A stretch of 41,879 bases of DNA from NCBI RefSeq assembly GCF_004010195.1, contig NC_057719.1, positions 47,822,093 to 47,863,971 on the forward strand, in the 5' to 3' direction. A program made the position numbers and the translations under genes. Positions 21,051 to 34,302 of the stretch are shown here, piece after piece; within the stretch, counting starts at the first letter, position 1; the number at the start of each line of letters is the position of its first letter. This stretch comes from Chiloscyllium plagiosum. Lineage: Eukaryota. Below the pieces are notes generated by a model that was not told the origin of the DNA, did no database searches, and saw only the letters and a program-made list of their open reading frames with translations.

Positions 21051-24000
21051 TCAGCACAAATGATCCAATTCAATATACTTCATATTTCAGTGATCTTTCC
21101 AACCTAATGCATCTTGCACGATTATCTATACTTTAATGGGACAGAGATTTGATGATCAAAAAAAAGAAACGGGTGTTTTACTCTCAAATATATCTAGTTG
21201 GAAAAAAATCAATTTTTTATGAAATCAATAACAAAAGGAACTCTAATCGAACATAGCTTCAAGTGATCATGCAGCAGGGTGGAGTTCAGGCCACCGTCCA
21301 GTCAAGCATGATTTTATTGAATAACAGTAGGCATGAACGTCTATATTGTTCACACTGGCTCCTCATGTGGTGTAGTGAAGACTCCATTAATTTTGATTGG
21401 TTTTATATTGTGGATGTAGTTGCTAATAAAAACATTGTTTGCAAATATAGTAGTGTAATTTATCTGAGTAGATAAAGAAATAAATTAGCAAGGGACAGTA
21501 TGTGCATGAGAAGACTATCACCATTTAATAAGCTCACTTCCAAGTTGTGCCTGTTTCTAACTAGAAAATAAATTGCTTTTATTTTTTTGCAGCTGGTGCA
21601 AAATACTGGAATTCACTGTGCAAAACTACCATAGGAGTACCTTCTGTGGTTCAAAAAGCTTCTCCACCTTCTCAATAGGTATTAAGTCGAGGGCAGCGTC
21701 AGAGACACCGGATCTCAAGAATTTTTAAGAAATCCCTTCTTGCCTAATACAAATGATTAAATCTTGGCAAATAGTTTTGTAATATTTGGAACTGTCTTAA
21801 AAATATGTCCAATAATATTAATCTGCACATGTACCAAATGTCTTCCTATAAAGAGTACAATTACACATCATACAGTGTGTTGATGGTAGATAACCTCACA
21901 AGCTTGCAACGGAAGTTGCACATGTGCCAGATCGATGAGATAAGGCATATTCTCTGAAAGGTATTATTGATCCAATTAACTTTCAGCAATAATCTGTTAG
22001 CTTGCATGATTTATTTTTCTGCTGTCAGCCCATGTTATCATATTCTTTTGAATTTTGGTGGAATTCAACCTGCATTTACTTCCTGGTGTAGATTAATAAT
22101 ACCAGCCCTCTGAAGAGCATCCCACCCAGACCCATCACTCATCCCTAAACACAGTTGCCACTCTGTGCCCATGGTAATCATGTGTCAGAGCAATTTTGCT
22201 GTTTCTTAGATCATGAATGCTACCAGATTAGTAAAAGTTTTAAAAACTGTACTTGGTTCACTAGATTAGTTGCAATAGATACCAAGACTGAGACGATGCA
22301 AATTGAGAATTTTTGTATTCTGGTTAATGTGTATTTTTGAGTTTTTGTAATTCCTCCACAAATTTATCCACGAAAAATGAGTAAAACAGGACAGAAAGAT
22401 CCCAAGTCCTTTGATAAATCAGACAGTTTTTCAAAATAAAATCATAGGACATGGACATGACTGGTAAGGCCTTGAGAAAGTAGTGATGAACAACCTTCTT
22501 GAGAACTAAGATCATTTCAGCGATTAGTTAACTCACCCATGATTATGGAGCTGGAAATGGAAAAAGGGCGATTTCCTTCCCTAAAGAATGTTAATGAACA
22601 TGATGCTTTTTAACGAATAAAATGATAGTTACAAGATCATTAGTTGCAGAATCTTTGCAGTTTTTTTCATTTTTTTTCAGTTTACAAAATATTCCAGCAT
22701 CCTTGCATTCTTGTTTATGCATTTGCCATCACGTTAATTTTACCAGTGATATAGATAACGCTCAGAGTTAGGTTTATGTATCATGGGTAATTGTCAGCTA
22801 TTCCTGCTGCCTATCTCGCAGTTGCAGCTCGCTGGTGTTCAACATGGGTTTTAAATACTCAAGATAGTGTGTTTTTAAATTCTTGTAAGAGAATCATTTC
22901 TGCCAGTCAAAATTGCTTTGCTTTACCCTTCTAAATGCACTGTGTATTTGCCCAGGCTGTTTCCTTCGGTTTCAAAACATCTGCCTATATGCTTCAGGAA
23001 TTCACTCATTATCCGTAGAAAACTTCTCTGATAATGATGCATAAATTTAATGGGCTCAACCTATCAACTTGTTCTGTTTTCCTTTGGCCATTTCATTTGT
23101 TTTGCTACCTTTTCAAACAACTCCACATCCTTTCCGTCAAATTTTAGTACGGCTTGTACAAATTTAAACATTTCCTTCCTCGACTTTAGATTATGGAATT
23201 GTATTCTCATCAGAGCCTGTTTCTTATGAAGTCACCTTTTTTTATTTGAACTCCATCTGCCTAAGCTTGTTTCAGTTCTGTTAAAGGACCTACTTGAGAT
23301 GGCCAAGGGAATCCCTGATGGACTTGACTTGTAAGCCTTTCTTGGTTTGTCCCAAAGATTGTACTCTGTGGTAGTCTGGGATATAAAACTCTTATAGTTT
23401 AGTTTAAATTATTACCTTTTACTTCCCAATGGCGTCAATGTTACACTATAACATTGATACTTACAAGCCAGGCTTGAGCTAAGGTTCTAAAACCATTAGC
23501 AGAGTAGTAGTGCCAGCTCTTAGCCCTAAGAGCTCTCTCAGGCTACTCTCCTAATTGCTGCAAACAAGCTGTCTTTATACAAAATTTGGTATTAAAATTA
23601 CAAAAACACCACATGTCCTTAATCAGATAAGCAGCAATAAAAAGGCAAAAAGTTAGTCGAGTAAGCGAAACTCATTGACAGGTCTGAGTACACTTGACTA
23701 ATTAAGCTACGTGCTCATCATAGTGGGAAATCTTGATCCAGCCAGGCCCCAAATGGCCAGTTCCTTTGGCTAGATAACTCTTCCCTTTTAACAGGACATC
23801 ATACCGAGGGCCTTGTCTCAACTATATGGGAAAGGTAAGAAGGTAACCCCACTCAGCTCACATGTCCAGTATCATGTCTTAGAAAATGGCTTTTTCTTTC
23901 AAAATCATCTTGGATCTCTAGAATGTAAACTAAATTCATAACGTTCCCTGGAGCTCGAGATCCAGGAATAGTGCACACAGACATTCAATCTAAGACAAGC

Positions 24001-24869
24001 CACTGTTCACTCAAATCAGACCACAGAGTTAATCTTTCCACAGGCTTCCATCCCCTCCCCCTCCCCCTCCCCTGAACCCTTCACTCAGTGAACGTAATTT
24101 ACAGAGGAATGTTCTTTTTTTCTCTCTCTTGCTCTCCCGCGCGCGCTTGTTCTCTCACACACAGGCAGCCGCACACAGACAGCCGCAGATCTTCCAACTT
24201 CCTTACTATGTTAGTTTCAGCCTTTGTGTTTTCCTAGCCTGTAAGGGTAATGAGACATTCACCATTCCAGAACAATCAGGACAAGGGAGCTGAGATTCAT
24301 AAATTCAAATCTGCTCAGTGTGGTATATGTGAAGGTATATCAGGATTGTTCTATTACATGCATATTCCACTTAGCTTATTAAATTGCAAGATCTTTTTCT
24401 ATTGAGTATGAGTTATGTTAAGAGTCTTTGATAGAACCATAATTTTAGTTATCAGACATCCTATTGTGAAATATGCACAATCTTCCAGCCCCCTGTGTGA
24501 GAAGGAAGTACTGCCATACATTCCACAAGTAAACAAATGTTATCGTCTTATTTATGCCGATCCATTGACACTAAGAACAGATGTTCCCAATTCTTCTGAA
24601 CAAATGGGCCTTCCCCACCGTGGTCAAGTGTTTCCCGCGTGTCAAGTAGCAAATGTGTCACATGTAAGGCTACAAGCTTTCTCCGTTCCATTGCCCTATC
24701 CTTTTTACTTTGCTGAATATCTAGCTCCAACCTCTTGAGTGCTCACTGTTTTTCTTTCTGTCTCCTGAAATTCAAGTCTTGAAGTTAAAGTTCACCTATT
24801 TCCCTTTCTTTGCAATTTCAATGTATTTTCTTTTCTATTTCTAGCTGCATTATCTATTTTGCGTGACGA

Positions 24870-25290
24870 ATTTGATTTGATTAATCATTGTCACGTGCCG
24901 ACTTGGTGAAACTATTGTTTTGCATGCTTTAGACATGCAAAGTGCATCAGGTAGCAGAAGAGTTCCAGAATACAGTGTTAGAGCTGCAGAGAAAGAGGAA
25001 TCAACATTAACATTTGAGAAATCCATTCAAACGTCTGATAGCAGGGAAGAAGCAGTTTTTGAATCTGTTTGTATGTGTATTCAAACTTTCATATCTTCTA
25101 CCTGATGGAAAAGGGTGGAAGAGAGGGGTCTCTGATTACATTGGTTGCTTTCCTGAGGCAGCGGCAAATATAGATGGAGCCAATGGATGGAAGGCTTATT
25201 TTTGTGATGGTCCGGGCTGTGTTCACAACTCTGTAGTTTCTTTGTCTTGGGAACAGAAATTGCCATAGCATACTGATGCACCCAGATAGA
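24870..25290 (-). mobile_element. Rex1/Babar LINE, 3' part (interrupted by CR1)
   Basis: Joins 27655-27895 to give minus-strand RLHFLRKQRKFDMSTRTLTNFYRCIIESI|LSGCI, the Rex1 post-RT motif. Confidence 0.75.
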
Positions 25291-27650
25291 CCATTAGATA
25301 GGAGCAGAAATTAGGCCATTCAACCCATTGAGTCGGCTCTGCCATTTAATCATGGCTGATGAGTTTCTCAACCCCATTCTCCTGCTTTCTTCCTGTAACC
25401 CTTGAGTAATTTGATACTCAAGAACCTATTTATCTCAGTCTCAAATATACTCAGTGACCTGGCCTCCACAGCTTTCTGTGGCAATGAATTCCATAGATTC
25501 ACCACTCTCTGGCTGATGAAGTTTCTCCTTATCTGGTCTAAAAGATCTTCTCTTTACTCTAAGGCTGTCTTAGTCTTTCTTACCAATGGAAACATCTTCC
25601 CAACACATACTCTGTCCAGGCCATTCAGTATTCTGTATTTTTCAATTAGATCCCCCCCTCATCCTTCTAAACTCTTATTGAGTGTAGACCCAGAGTCCTC
25701 AAACGTTTCTCATATGTTAAGCTATCCATTCCTGGAACCATTCTCGTGAACCTCCTCAGAATCAGCTCCAGGGCCAATACATCCATGCTGAGATATTGGG
25801 CCCAAAACTGCACACAATACTCCAAATGTGGTCTGACCAGAGCCTTATAGAGCCTCAAGTATATCCAAGCATTTATATTCAAGTCCTGTCAAAATAAATG
25901 TCAACATTGTATTTGCCTTCCTAACTACTGACTCAATCTGCAAGTTTACCTTGAGAGAATCCTGGACCAGAACCCCCAAGTCTCTTTGCGCTTCACACTT
26001 CTGAATTTTTTCCCCATTTAGAAAATAGTTCACACCACTACTTCCTACTAAGTGTATGACCTCTCATTTTCCCATGTTGTACTCCATTTACAACTCCTTT
26101 GCCTACTCTCTTAACCTGTCCAAATCCTTCTGCAGCCTCTTTGCCTCCTCAATGCTACCTATCCCTCCACCTATCTTTGTATAGTTTGCAAACTTAGCCA
26201 GAATGCCCTCAGTTCCTTCATCCAGATCATTAATGTATCAAGTAAAAAGTGATGGACCCAACACTGAACCTTGTGGAACACCACCTTGTTGCAGGTTGCC
26301 ATCCTGAGAAGGACTCTTTTATCCCCACTTGCTGCTTTCCACCAGACAGCCAAGCTTCTATCCATGCTAGCAGATTGACTCTGACACCATGGGCCCTTTG
26401 CTTACTCAGCAGCCTCCTGTGTGGCACCTTGTCAAAGGCCTTCTTGAAGTCCACAAAGATAACATTCATTAGCTCTCCTTGGTCTAACCTGTTCATTACT
26501 TCCTGAAAAAATTCTAGCAGATTTTTCGGGCATGACCTTCCCTTGATGAAACTTTCTCCTGTTTTGCTATATATTTCCAAGTAATCAAAAATCTCATCCT
26601 CCTTGATTCCAGGAACTTACCCACGATTGAGGTTAGGCTAATCAGTCTATAATTTTCTATCTTTTGCCTTGCTCACTTTTTAACAGGGAAGTCGCATTCA
26701 CAATTTAAGTTCTCTGTGGGACCCTCCCTGGTTCTAACGATTCCCGAAAGATCACCAGTAATGCCTCCGCTATCTCTTCAGCTATCTCCCTTAGAACTCT
26801 GGGGCATAATTCATTTGATCCACCTTTAGGCCTTTCAGTTTTTCTATAACAGCCTCCTTGTTGATGGCCACCATACTTAGTTCTGTCCCCTGACTCTGTC
26901 GAGTTTTTGGGTTATTACTCGTATCTTCCACCGTGAAGATTGAAGCGAAGTTATTCGAATCCTCAGCCATTTGCTTGTTCCCCACTATCACTCTGGCGTC
27001 ATTTTCCAGCGGCTCCATGTCCACTTCTGCCTCTCTCTTTTGCCGTTTATATATCTAAAGAAACTTGTACTGTCTTCCCTTATATTACTCGCTAGCTTAC
27101 CCTCTTATTTAATCTTCTCCCTCCGTATTTCTTTTTGTTGCTGTCTGTTGGTCTTTGTAAGCTTCTCAATCCTCTGGTTTCCCACTGTTCACTACTTTAT
27201 ATGCTTTCTCTTTTGCTTTTATGCGCTCCCTGACTTCCCTACTCCACCTCCCTGTACTATGCTTCTTTTTCCTCGGGATGCATCTCTGCTGTGTGTCCTG
27301 AATACTCCCAGAAACTCCTGCCATTGTGGTTCCACTGCCTTTCCTGCTAGGCTCCTCTCCCAGTCAATTCTACCCAGCTCTTCCCTCATGCCTCAGTGGT
27401 TGCCATTATTCAGTTGTACCACTGTTACCTCTGATTCTATCTATGAATTTACTCTGCAATTTGAGATCAATCATATTTTGATCACTACCTCCTAAGGGTT
27501 CCTTCACCTTAAGCTCCCTCATCAAGTCTGCCTCATTGCACAACACTAATTACAGTATTGCCTGTTCTCTAGTGGGCCCTACCACAAGCTGCTCCAAAAA
27601 AGCCATCTTGTAGACATTCCACAAATTCCTTTTCTTCCAATCCATTACCA
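25291..27650 (-). mobile_element. CR1 LINE, ~2.4 kb, degenerate ORF2, nested in Rex1
   Basis: FIKGRSCPKNLLEFF..IFVDFKKAFDKVPHRRLL; LYKALVRPHLEYCVQFW; tail ggccattcaaccc at the left. Confidence 0.92.
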
Positions 27651-27654
27651 TGAT

Positions 27655-27895
27655 TAGATGCTTTCTATAATGCATCTATAAAAATTGGTAAGAGTCCTTG
27701 TGGACATGTCGAATTTCCTTTGCTTCCTGAGGAAGTGCAGCCGTGGTTGTGTGCTTTCTTGATGGTTGTCTCCTTGTGCGTCGACCAGGACAGATTGTTG
27801 GTGATCGTCACTCACAGAAACTTGTCAACCATCTCCACCTTGGCACAACTGATGCAGAAAGGCATGCCTCCCAGTTCCTTCATTTTGCTGATTTT
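27655..27895 (-). mobile_element. Rex1/Babar LINE, 5' continuation
   Basis: Minus RLHFLRKQRKFDMSTRTLTNFYRCIIESI. Confidence 0.75.
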
Positions 27896-27907
27896 GATGG
27901 AGAGATT

Positions 27908-27993
27908 AAAAACTGTGGATGCTGTAAATCAGAAGCAAAAACAGAAATTGCTGCCAGACCTGCTGAACTTTTCCAGCAATTTTCTATTTTGTT
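27908..27993. mobile_element. Short palindromic PLE-type remnant
   Basis: aactgtggatgctgtaaatcagaagcaaaaacagaaattgctg...cagcaattttctattttgtt. Confidence 0.5.
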
Positions 27994-28100
27994 GTTGATT
28001 GGGAGTTTGTTGTCTTTAAACCATGCAGCTTTAACTAACTGCAATTGAATTCTTATTAATTCACGTAACTCACAACTTAGTATGCCTAGGTCCACTTGTA

Positions 28101-28460
28101 AAGGTGCACAATCCTTTTATCTGAAATGTTTGGGACCAGCTGGTTTTCGGAATTCAAAATTTTCCAAATTTCTGAATAAGTGACAGTTTGATGGTGAAAG
28201 TTTTTTAAATCTTACTGGAGGAGCACACGCACTGAGTAAAATGGGGCCTTTAAACAGAATTGAGGCCTGCCAGAGCTGGGCCAACCCCCCCCCCCCCCCC
28301 CCCCCCCCCCACCACCATGTCACATCTGAGTGACGCGCGGTGAGTGGATGTGAAGTTGGGTTAACTGTTTGCACGCCAAACAACCTTGCTAATGAGAAGA
28401 AAACTTCACAAAAAAAACCTTCGGACTTTGGAGCTTTTCGGATAAAGGGCTGTCTACCTG
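28101..28460. mobile_element. Tigger/pogo-type MITE (Tigger4/MER46-like termini) with an internal poly-C run
   Basis: TA|aaggtgcacaatccttttatctgaaatgtttgggacc ... ttcggataaagggctgtctacctg imperfect TIRs. Confidence 0.7.
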
Positions 28461-29274
28461 CATTCTCACAAGTCAGAACTGTTCTTAAATTTTAATTATT
28501 CCTGCTATCATATATTTTATTGAAAATTCCAGTTGTAACTCCTTTGTCAATTTGAGAGCCTCAGTCATGTCCTCTCTAAACGTCAGAGCTATCCCCTGTG
28601 TCTGCAGCTATTCCCAGTACCATTTTATTTTAAAATATAACTAGCCTTTGATCCTATCCCAATTGAACTTACTCCATGGCCAGTTTCAAGTCAATGTTCA
28701 AAGATCCCACACTGAGCTCCTAAATGTTTTATCATGTCTGTCACGAGAAGGTTGTGGCAAAGTCCCAATTGTCCATAGGTAATACAGTAATAAGGCACAT
28801 TACTAGCATGCTGCTGGGTTGTTTCCATTTTCTAGTGGTTACATTTGTCCATTGTACGAAGACTGGATCCTGATTCCATTTTTGATTTGCACACATTGTT
28901 AGTTAAGTATGATGTTGGTATTCAAGTGATATGTCATGAAATGTTGACTGTACTGACATATCATTGGAACTGTGAATAGGAAACATCACTGACTTCTAAA
29001 TTGTGGAGGATACTATTTAGCAGATCAAGTGCCATCTTTTGAGATGGAGCATTTTTTTCACGTATAGATTTGAATAGTTTGTGTGTTTTATGCTGAGCTT
29101 ATAAAAAATAACTAGAAAGCAATGCTTGTTTGACAACTAGTATATCACATAAATTGTTATGCATATAACCTTTGTTTAAAAAGAGATCTTTCTTAAATTA
29201 GGAAAGCCCATAGTTCAATATAACATTCATGTTGTAAAGAATAGGCAGGATGATGATACGTGAGTAATGATTTT

Positions 29275-29620
29275 AAAAATCCATTCATGGGATGTGGGTG
29301 CCACTGACTAGGCCAACATTTATTGCCATATGTCATTGTGAACCACATTGTTGTGAATTTGAAGTCGCATGTAGGCCAGTGAGGCAGCAGATTTCTTTGC
29401 CAGTTGGACATTAGTGAACCAGATGGTTTTTTTTTTACAAGAAATGACAATTATATCGACAATCAACAAAAAAAAGTTGGGCCAGCTTTTCAAATTCTGT
29501 TTCTTTTTAAATTGAGTTGAAATCTCATTATTTGCCATAGTGGGATTTGAATCCAAGTTGCCAGAGCATTTACCTGGGGTTCTATATTAATAGTCCACTA
29601 CCATTATGCCACCACCACAT
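29275..29620 (-). mobile_element. tRNA-derived SINE with a LINE-shared 3' tail
   Basis: Minus tggcataatggtagtggactattaat..ggattcaaatccc (A/B boxes), ccatctggttcactaatgtcc body and aataaatgttggcctagtcagtggcacccacatcccatgaatg tail. Confidence 0.75.
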
Positions 29621-30499
29621 TTTATTTATAAATTTTGGATTTCAAAAGCATTTTGACAGCAGTGAGAAAGGAAAATTTGAAGGTAAGCAATCCTATGTTT
29701 GACCTACTGAGAGATCATGAGTTGAGTGGGCTTTAGTACAGTGAGCGTCCGCTAAGTATAAATGAAGATGACGGAGTACGATGATGTTGAAAGATCAGCC
29801 TGGAATATACCATTGACTTTGGATGGCTGGTGCACAGTTTTACATCAGTTGTCGTGTTTGCCCAAACTTAAAGCAGATCTCAGCTAATGGTTTGCAAATA
29901 GTGCATGGGGCAAAAGTTATTTTAGGGTGTTAATTGATATTGTTAAGGACATGTGCTCATTTATCCATTTTGCTAGAAACCTTGATAGGCTTGCAGTGAG
30001 CACCTGATGTGCTCACCTGTGTCTTCATCTTCACCCACTATGCCCTAGGCCTCAATAAAATTATTCTCTGTCAACCTGGATATTCCCATTGTATGTACTT
30101 TATCTCCACACTCTTACATTCAACGGATACAGATTACAGTTACAAATCTGGCTAACTATCTGGACCTACTGTCATCTGGTACAACTGCTCATTACCCTTC
30201 CATTCAGAGATAAAACTGGAAGAGTATTTCCTCTAAATTGTGATAGTAAACCCAATTTCCCCTGTTTCTTCTATCCTCATCTCCACCGTTTTGTCTAGCA
30301 CCCCATTTTTGAGTTCCTCCAATCATGTTTCCACACTTTCTACAGTTTTGCAATGGCTCTTATCAAAGTCACACCTAAACTAATCTCTTTGTGTCTCAAG
30401 TGTTATGTTGTTTTGGAATGGCCTATGAGATAACTTTAATATTATTAATTTAATTAGTCGATTAGTATTTTTCACAATTTGAATTGAGCATTTTATTTT

Positions 30500-30975
30500 T
30501 TTTCACACAATATGCCTGTTCCTGGTTAAGCCATCATTTATTTCCTGTGCTGAGCTGCTATTTTAAACGACTGCAGTCCATGGAGGGTCTGTTCACCACA
30601 CCGTTGTTAGGAATGAGTTCCTTGATTTTGGCTTATCGCAAAGTAGAAACACAGCATTACCTCCATGTTTTGGATGATGTGTGGCTTGGAGGGGAGCTTG
30701 TGGGTGATGGTGTTACCATGTATCCATTGCCTTGGTCTTTCTAGGTGATAAAGGTTATGGGTTTGGAAAGTGCTGTCAAAGGAACCATAGTGAGTTGTTG
30801 CAGTGAATTTTGTAAATTGTATGCTCTGCTTGAATGAAGATGGTGAATGGTGTATCAGCTGAGCAAGCTGTATTATTTACTTGATGTTGAGCCTCTTCAG
30901 TTTAATGGAACTGCACTTATCCAGACAAGTGGAGGTTAGCTCATCACACTGTAACTTGTCTTGTAAATGGTGGAT
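30500..30975 (-). mobile_element. Old LINE 3' fragment (same family as 3860-5030)
   Basis: gcttggaggggagcttgtgggtgatggtgttaccatg...ctaggtgata...aggaaccatagtgagttgttgcagtgaattttgta. Confidence 0.6.
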
Positions 30976-31289
30976 AGCCGAAGTAGGTTCTTGTATTGGA
31001 ATTGAATTTGAACCTTGGGATAAAGCTATGTAAGCGCATTGGCTAAAAAGATTATGGAAAGAGATGATATTTTAGTAAGGGAGATATCGAGTAGTGAAAT
31101 AAAATATCTATACTTCAGTTATTGAAACATTTAAGCAAAGAGACAAAATAGTGTGTGAAAAAGACATCCCATGTTTTATATTATTAAATTTATTTTAAGG
31201 ATTACCTACACTTTTTGTAAGCATTTATAGAAGTCTGACAACAAGCTGAACAAAAATGGAACAATAAATTGGGATATAAAGACTGTAGC

Positions 31290-31728
31290 AGAGCCCAAAA
31301 CTAGGTTTAAGGTGAGAGAGGAAAGACTTCAAGGAGCAACTTTCACACACAGGGTGGTGCATGTATGGAATGAGCTGCCAGAGGAAGTGGAGGCTGGTAC
31401 AATTGCAACATTTTAAAGGTATCTGGATGAGTATATGAATAGGAACGGTTTAGACGGAGCAAATTACTGCTAATGCTGGAATCTACTGAAAACAACCAAT
31501 GCCAGAGATCAGAGTGGGTTGAAGAGTCATCTGGATTCAAGATGTTGGCTTGCTATCTCTCATGGATGCTGTCTGACCCACTGTAATTTTAACATTTGTT
31601 ATCTTCAGAGTTTGGAGGTACAGTATATGGGCCAAATGTTGGCAAGTGGGACTAGATTAATTTAGGACATTTAGAAACATGGATGAGTTGGACCGAAGGG
31701 TCTGTTTCCATGCTGTACAGCTCTATGG
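31290..31728 (+). mobile_element. CR1 3' end interrupted by a PLE-type mini-element (~31470-31607)
   Basis: NFHTGW..WNELPEEVEAG region and ttggaccgaagggtctgtttccatgctgta tail; insert aaaacaaccaatgcc...catggatgctgtctgacc. Confidence 0.8.
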
Positions 31729-32544
31729 TACTTTAAGGTAGGGGTTGCTGCTGAATGATGAAATAGATGAGGTATATTAGCGAAATTAGGATGAACAACT
31801 TGAATAATGAACATGTTATGAAAAGGTTTAGGAGCCAATTTGAAAGGGCAAATCGTCCTCATGAAAACTGGAACTCAACAATGAATTAGAGCAGATTGTA
31901 GAAAGGTGATGAGTGAGCTCGAACAAGATAAATCTGCACATAGCATTGTAGAGTTGCAATAGAATATTTCTAAAAGTAGTTTCTAAAGTATGGACTAACA
32001 GTGTTGGGTTAAAAATAAAGGAAGTAGAATAGTTCTTGGCAGTAAATAGGAATGTGGAATTTTGCAGTTCAAACAGATTAGTCATGATTGTGTTGGATGG
32101 CAGAGCTGGCTCGATGGGCTGAATGGTCCACTCTGGTCCCATTTAATACGTTTCAGTATGTATAAAACAAAAGATAGTAGAACTAATCAAAATTGAAGAT
32201 GATCTTTGGGGGTGTAATCATGGAAAAAATAATAAGATCTGAGAATAAAATGGAAACATTTTACAAATGTGAAAAGGGATATGCCAAAACGAGAAATTTT
32301 CAGTTTGCGGAATATCAAAAAATGTTAAAGGTATTTGATATGCAACATTAGTATTTATTAAGTAGAAGGATACTGGACAAGAAGTGACAGTGAACTGAAC
32401 AATATTTAGTTAGGTTTTTTCCTAAATGATCCTAAATGTTAACCTCAAAATCAAAAGAGCCATATCGGATCGATATGATAATCATAATGAAAGAAATTGC
32501 CAAGGCCCTAGGTAGTTATTTTTGAAACACCCTATTCAGCGATG

Positions 32545-32632
32545 TTATTATACACTTTTTGGAGCAGATGGGACTCGAACCTGGGTTTCCTGGCTCAAAA
32601 GGGGGGACACTACCACTGTGCTACAAAAGCCT
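32545..32632 (-). mobile_element. tRNA-derived SINE head
   Basis: Minus TAGCACAGTGG (A box) and GGTTCGAGTCC (B box); no convincing cloverleaf. Confidence 0.65.
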
Positions 32633-32955
32633 GAGGTATTCACTTTTCAGGGCTCTGTGATTGTGTATACATGACGGAGGGCTGGAGAGTGCCAATTTAG
32701 GACAAAAAAAATCTGAGATAATGCAGGTAATTTTAAGTCTGATACATTAATGTCTGTAGTTGGAATAATTCATTTATTGAGGTTAAAACTATGTACCCAG
32801 TTGAAAAGAAAATAGATCTGTTAAAAAGCACAGATTTCCAAATGGATAATTGTACTTGACAAACCTCGTGATGCTGTTTTTGATAGTAACAGATGTTAAA
32901 TGAAGGAAGTGCAAGAAATATCATGCATATGAATTGGTTGGGCAACTGTACTACA

Positions 32956-34302
32956 GAGGGTGGTGGTGGAGGGTTATTTTTCAGACTGGAGGCCTGTGAC
33001 CAGTGGAGTGCCACAAGGATCGGTGTCTTGATCCTCTACTTTTTGTCATTTACATAAATGATTTGGATGCGAGCATAAGAGGTACAGTTAGTAAGTTTGC
33101 AAATGACACCAAAATTGGAGGTGTAGTGGACAGCGAAGAGGGTTACCTCAGATTACAACAGGATCTGGACCAGATGGGCCAATGGGTTGAGAAATGGCAG
33201 ATGGAGTTTAATTCAGATAAATGCGAGGTGCTGCATTTTGGGAAAGCAAATCTGAGCAGGATTTCTACACTTAATGGTTAGGTCCCAAGGAGTTTGCTGA
33301 ACAAAGAGACCTTGGAGTGCAGCTTCATAGCTCCTTGAAAGTGGAGTCGCAGATAGATAGGATAGTGAAGAAGGCGTTTGGTATGCTTTCCTTTATTGGT
33401 CAGTGCATTGAGTGCAAGAGTTGGGAGGTTATGTTGCGGCTCTACAGGACATTGGTTAGGCCACTGTTGGAATATTGTGTGCAATTCTGGTCTCCTTCCT
33501 ATCGGAAAGATGTTGTGAAACTTGAAAGGGTTCAGAAAAGAGTTACAGAGGATTTACAGGGTCAGAGGATTTGAGCTATAGGGAGAGGCTGAACAGGCTG
33601 AGGCTGTTTTCCCTGGAGAGTCGGAGGCTGAGGGGTGACCTTATAGAGGTTTACAAAATGATGAGGGGCATGGATAGGATAAATAGGCAAAGTCTTTTCC
33701 TGGTGTCGGGGAGTCCAAAACTAGAGGGCATAGGTTTAGGGTGATTAGATTAGATTACTTAGTGTGGAAACAGGCTCTTCAGCCCAACAAGTCCACACCA
33801 ACCCGCTGAAGCACAACCCACCTAGACCCATTCCCCTACATTTACCCCTTCACCTAACACTATAGGCGATTTAGCATGGTCAGTTCATCTAACTTGCACA
33901 TTTTTGGACTGTGGGAGGAAACCAGAGCACCTGGAGGAAACCCATGCAGACACGGGGAGAATGTGCAAACTCCACACAGTCAGTCGCCTGAGGTGGGAAT
34001 TGAACCTGGGTCTCTAGCACTGCTGCCTCACTGTGCCACCATGCCACCCGTGAGAGGGGAAAGATATAAAAGAGACCTAAGGGGCAACTTTTTCACGCAG
34101 AGGGTGGTACGTGTATGGAATGAGCCACCAGAGAAAGTGGTACAATTGCAGCATTTGGATGGGTATATGAATAGGAAGAGTTTGGAGGGATATGGGCCGG
34201 GTGCTGGCAGGTGGGACTAGATTGGGTTGGGATATCTGGTCGGCATGGACGGGTTGGACCGAAGGATCTGTTTCCATGCTGTAACATCTCTATGACTCTA
34301 TG
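32956..34302 (+). mobile_element. Young 5'-truncated CR1 LINE with a nested SINE
   Basis: PLLFVIYINDLD..SKFANDTKIGG; LYRTLVRPLLEYCVQFWSP; tail ctctatgactctatg. Older CR1 debris lies upstream (~31860-32950). Confidence 0.95.
33745..34049 (-). mobile_element. V-SINE (HE1-like) inserted in CR1
   Basis: Minus A/B boxes, V-domain tgtgtggagtttgcacattctccccgtgtctgcatgggtttcctcc and (ctaat)n tail; gtga duplicated at both junctions. Confidence 0.9.

Noticed and set aside
32545..32632. tRNA gene
   Set aside because: A and B boxes are present but acceptor and anticodon stems do not form; better explained as a SINE head.
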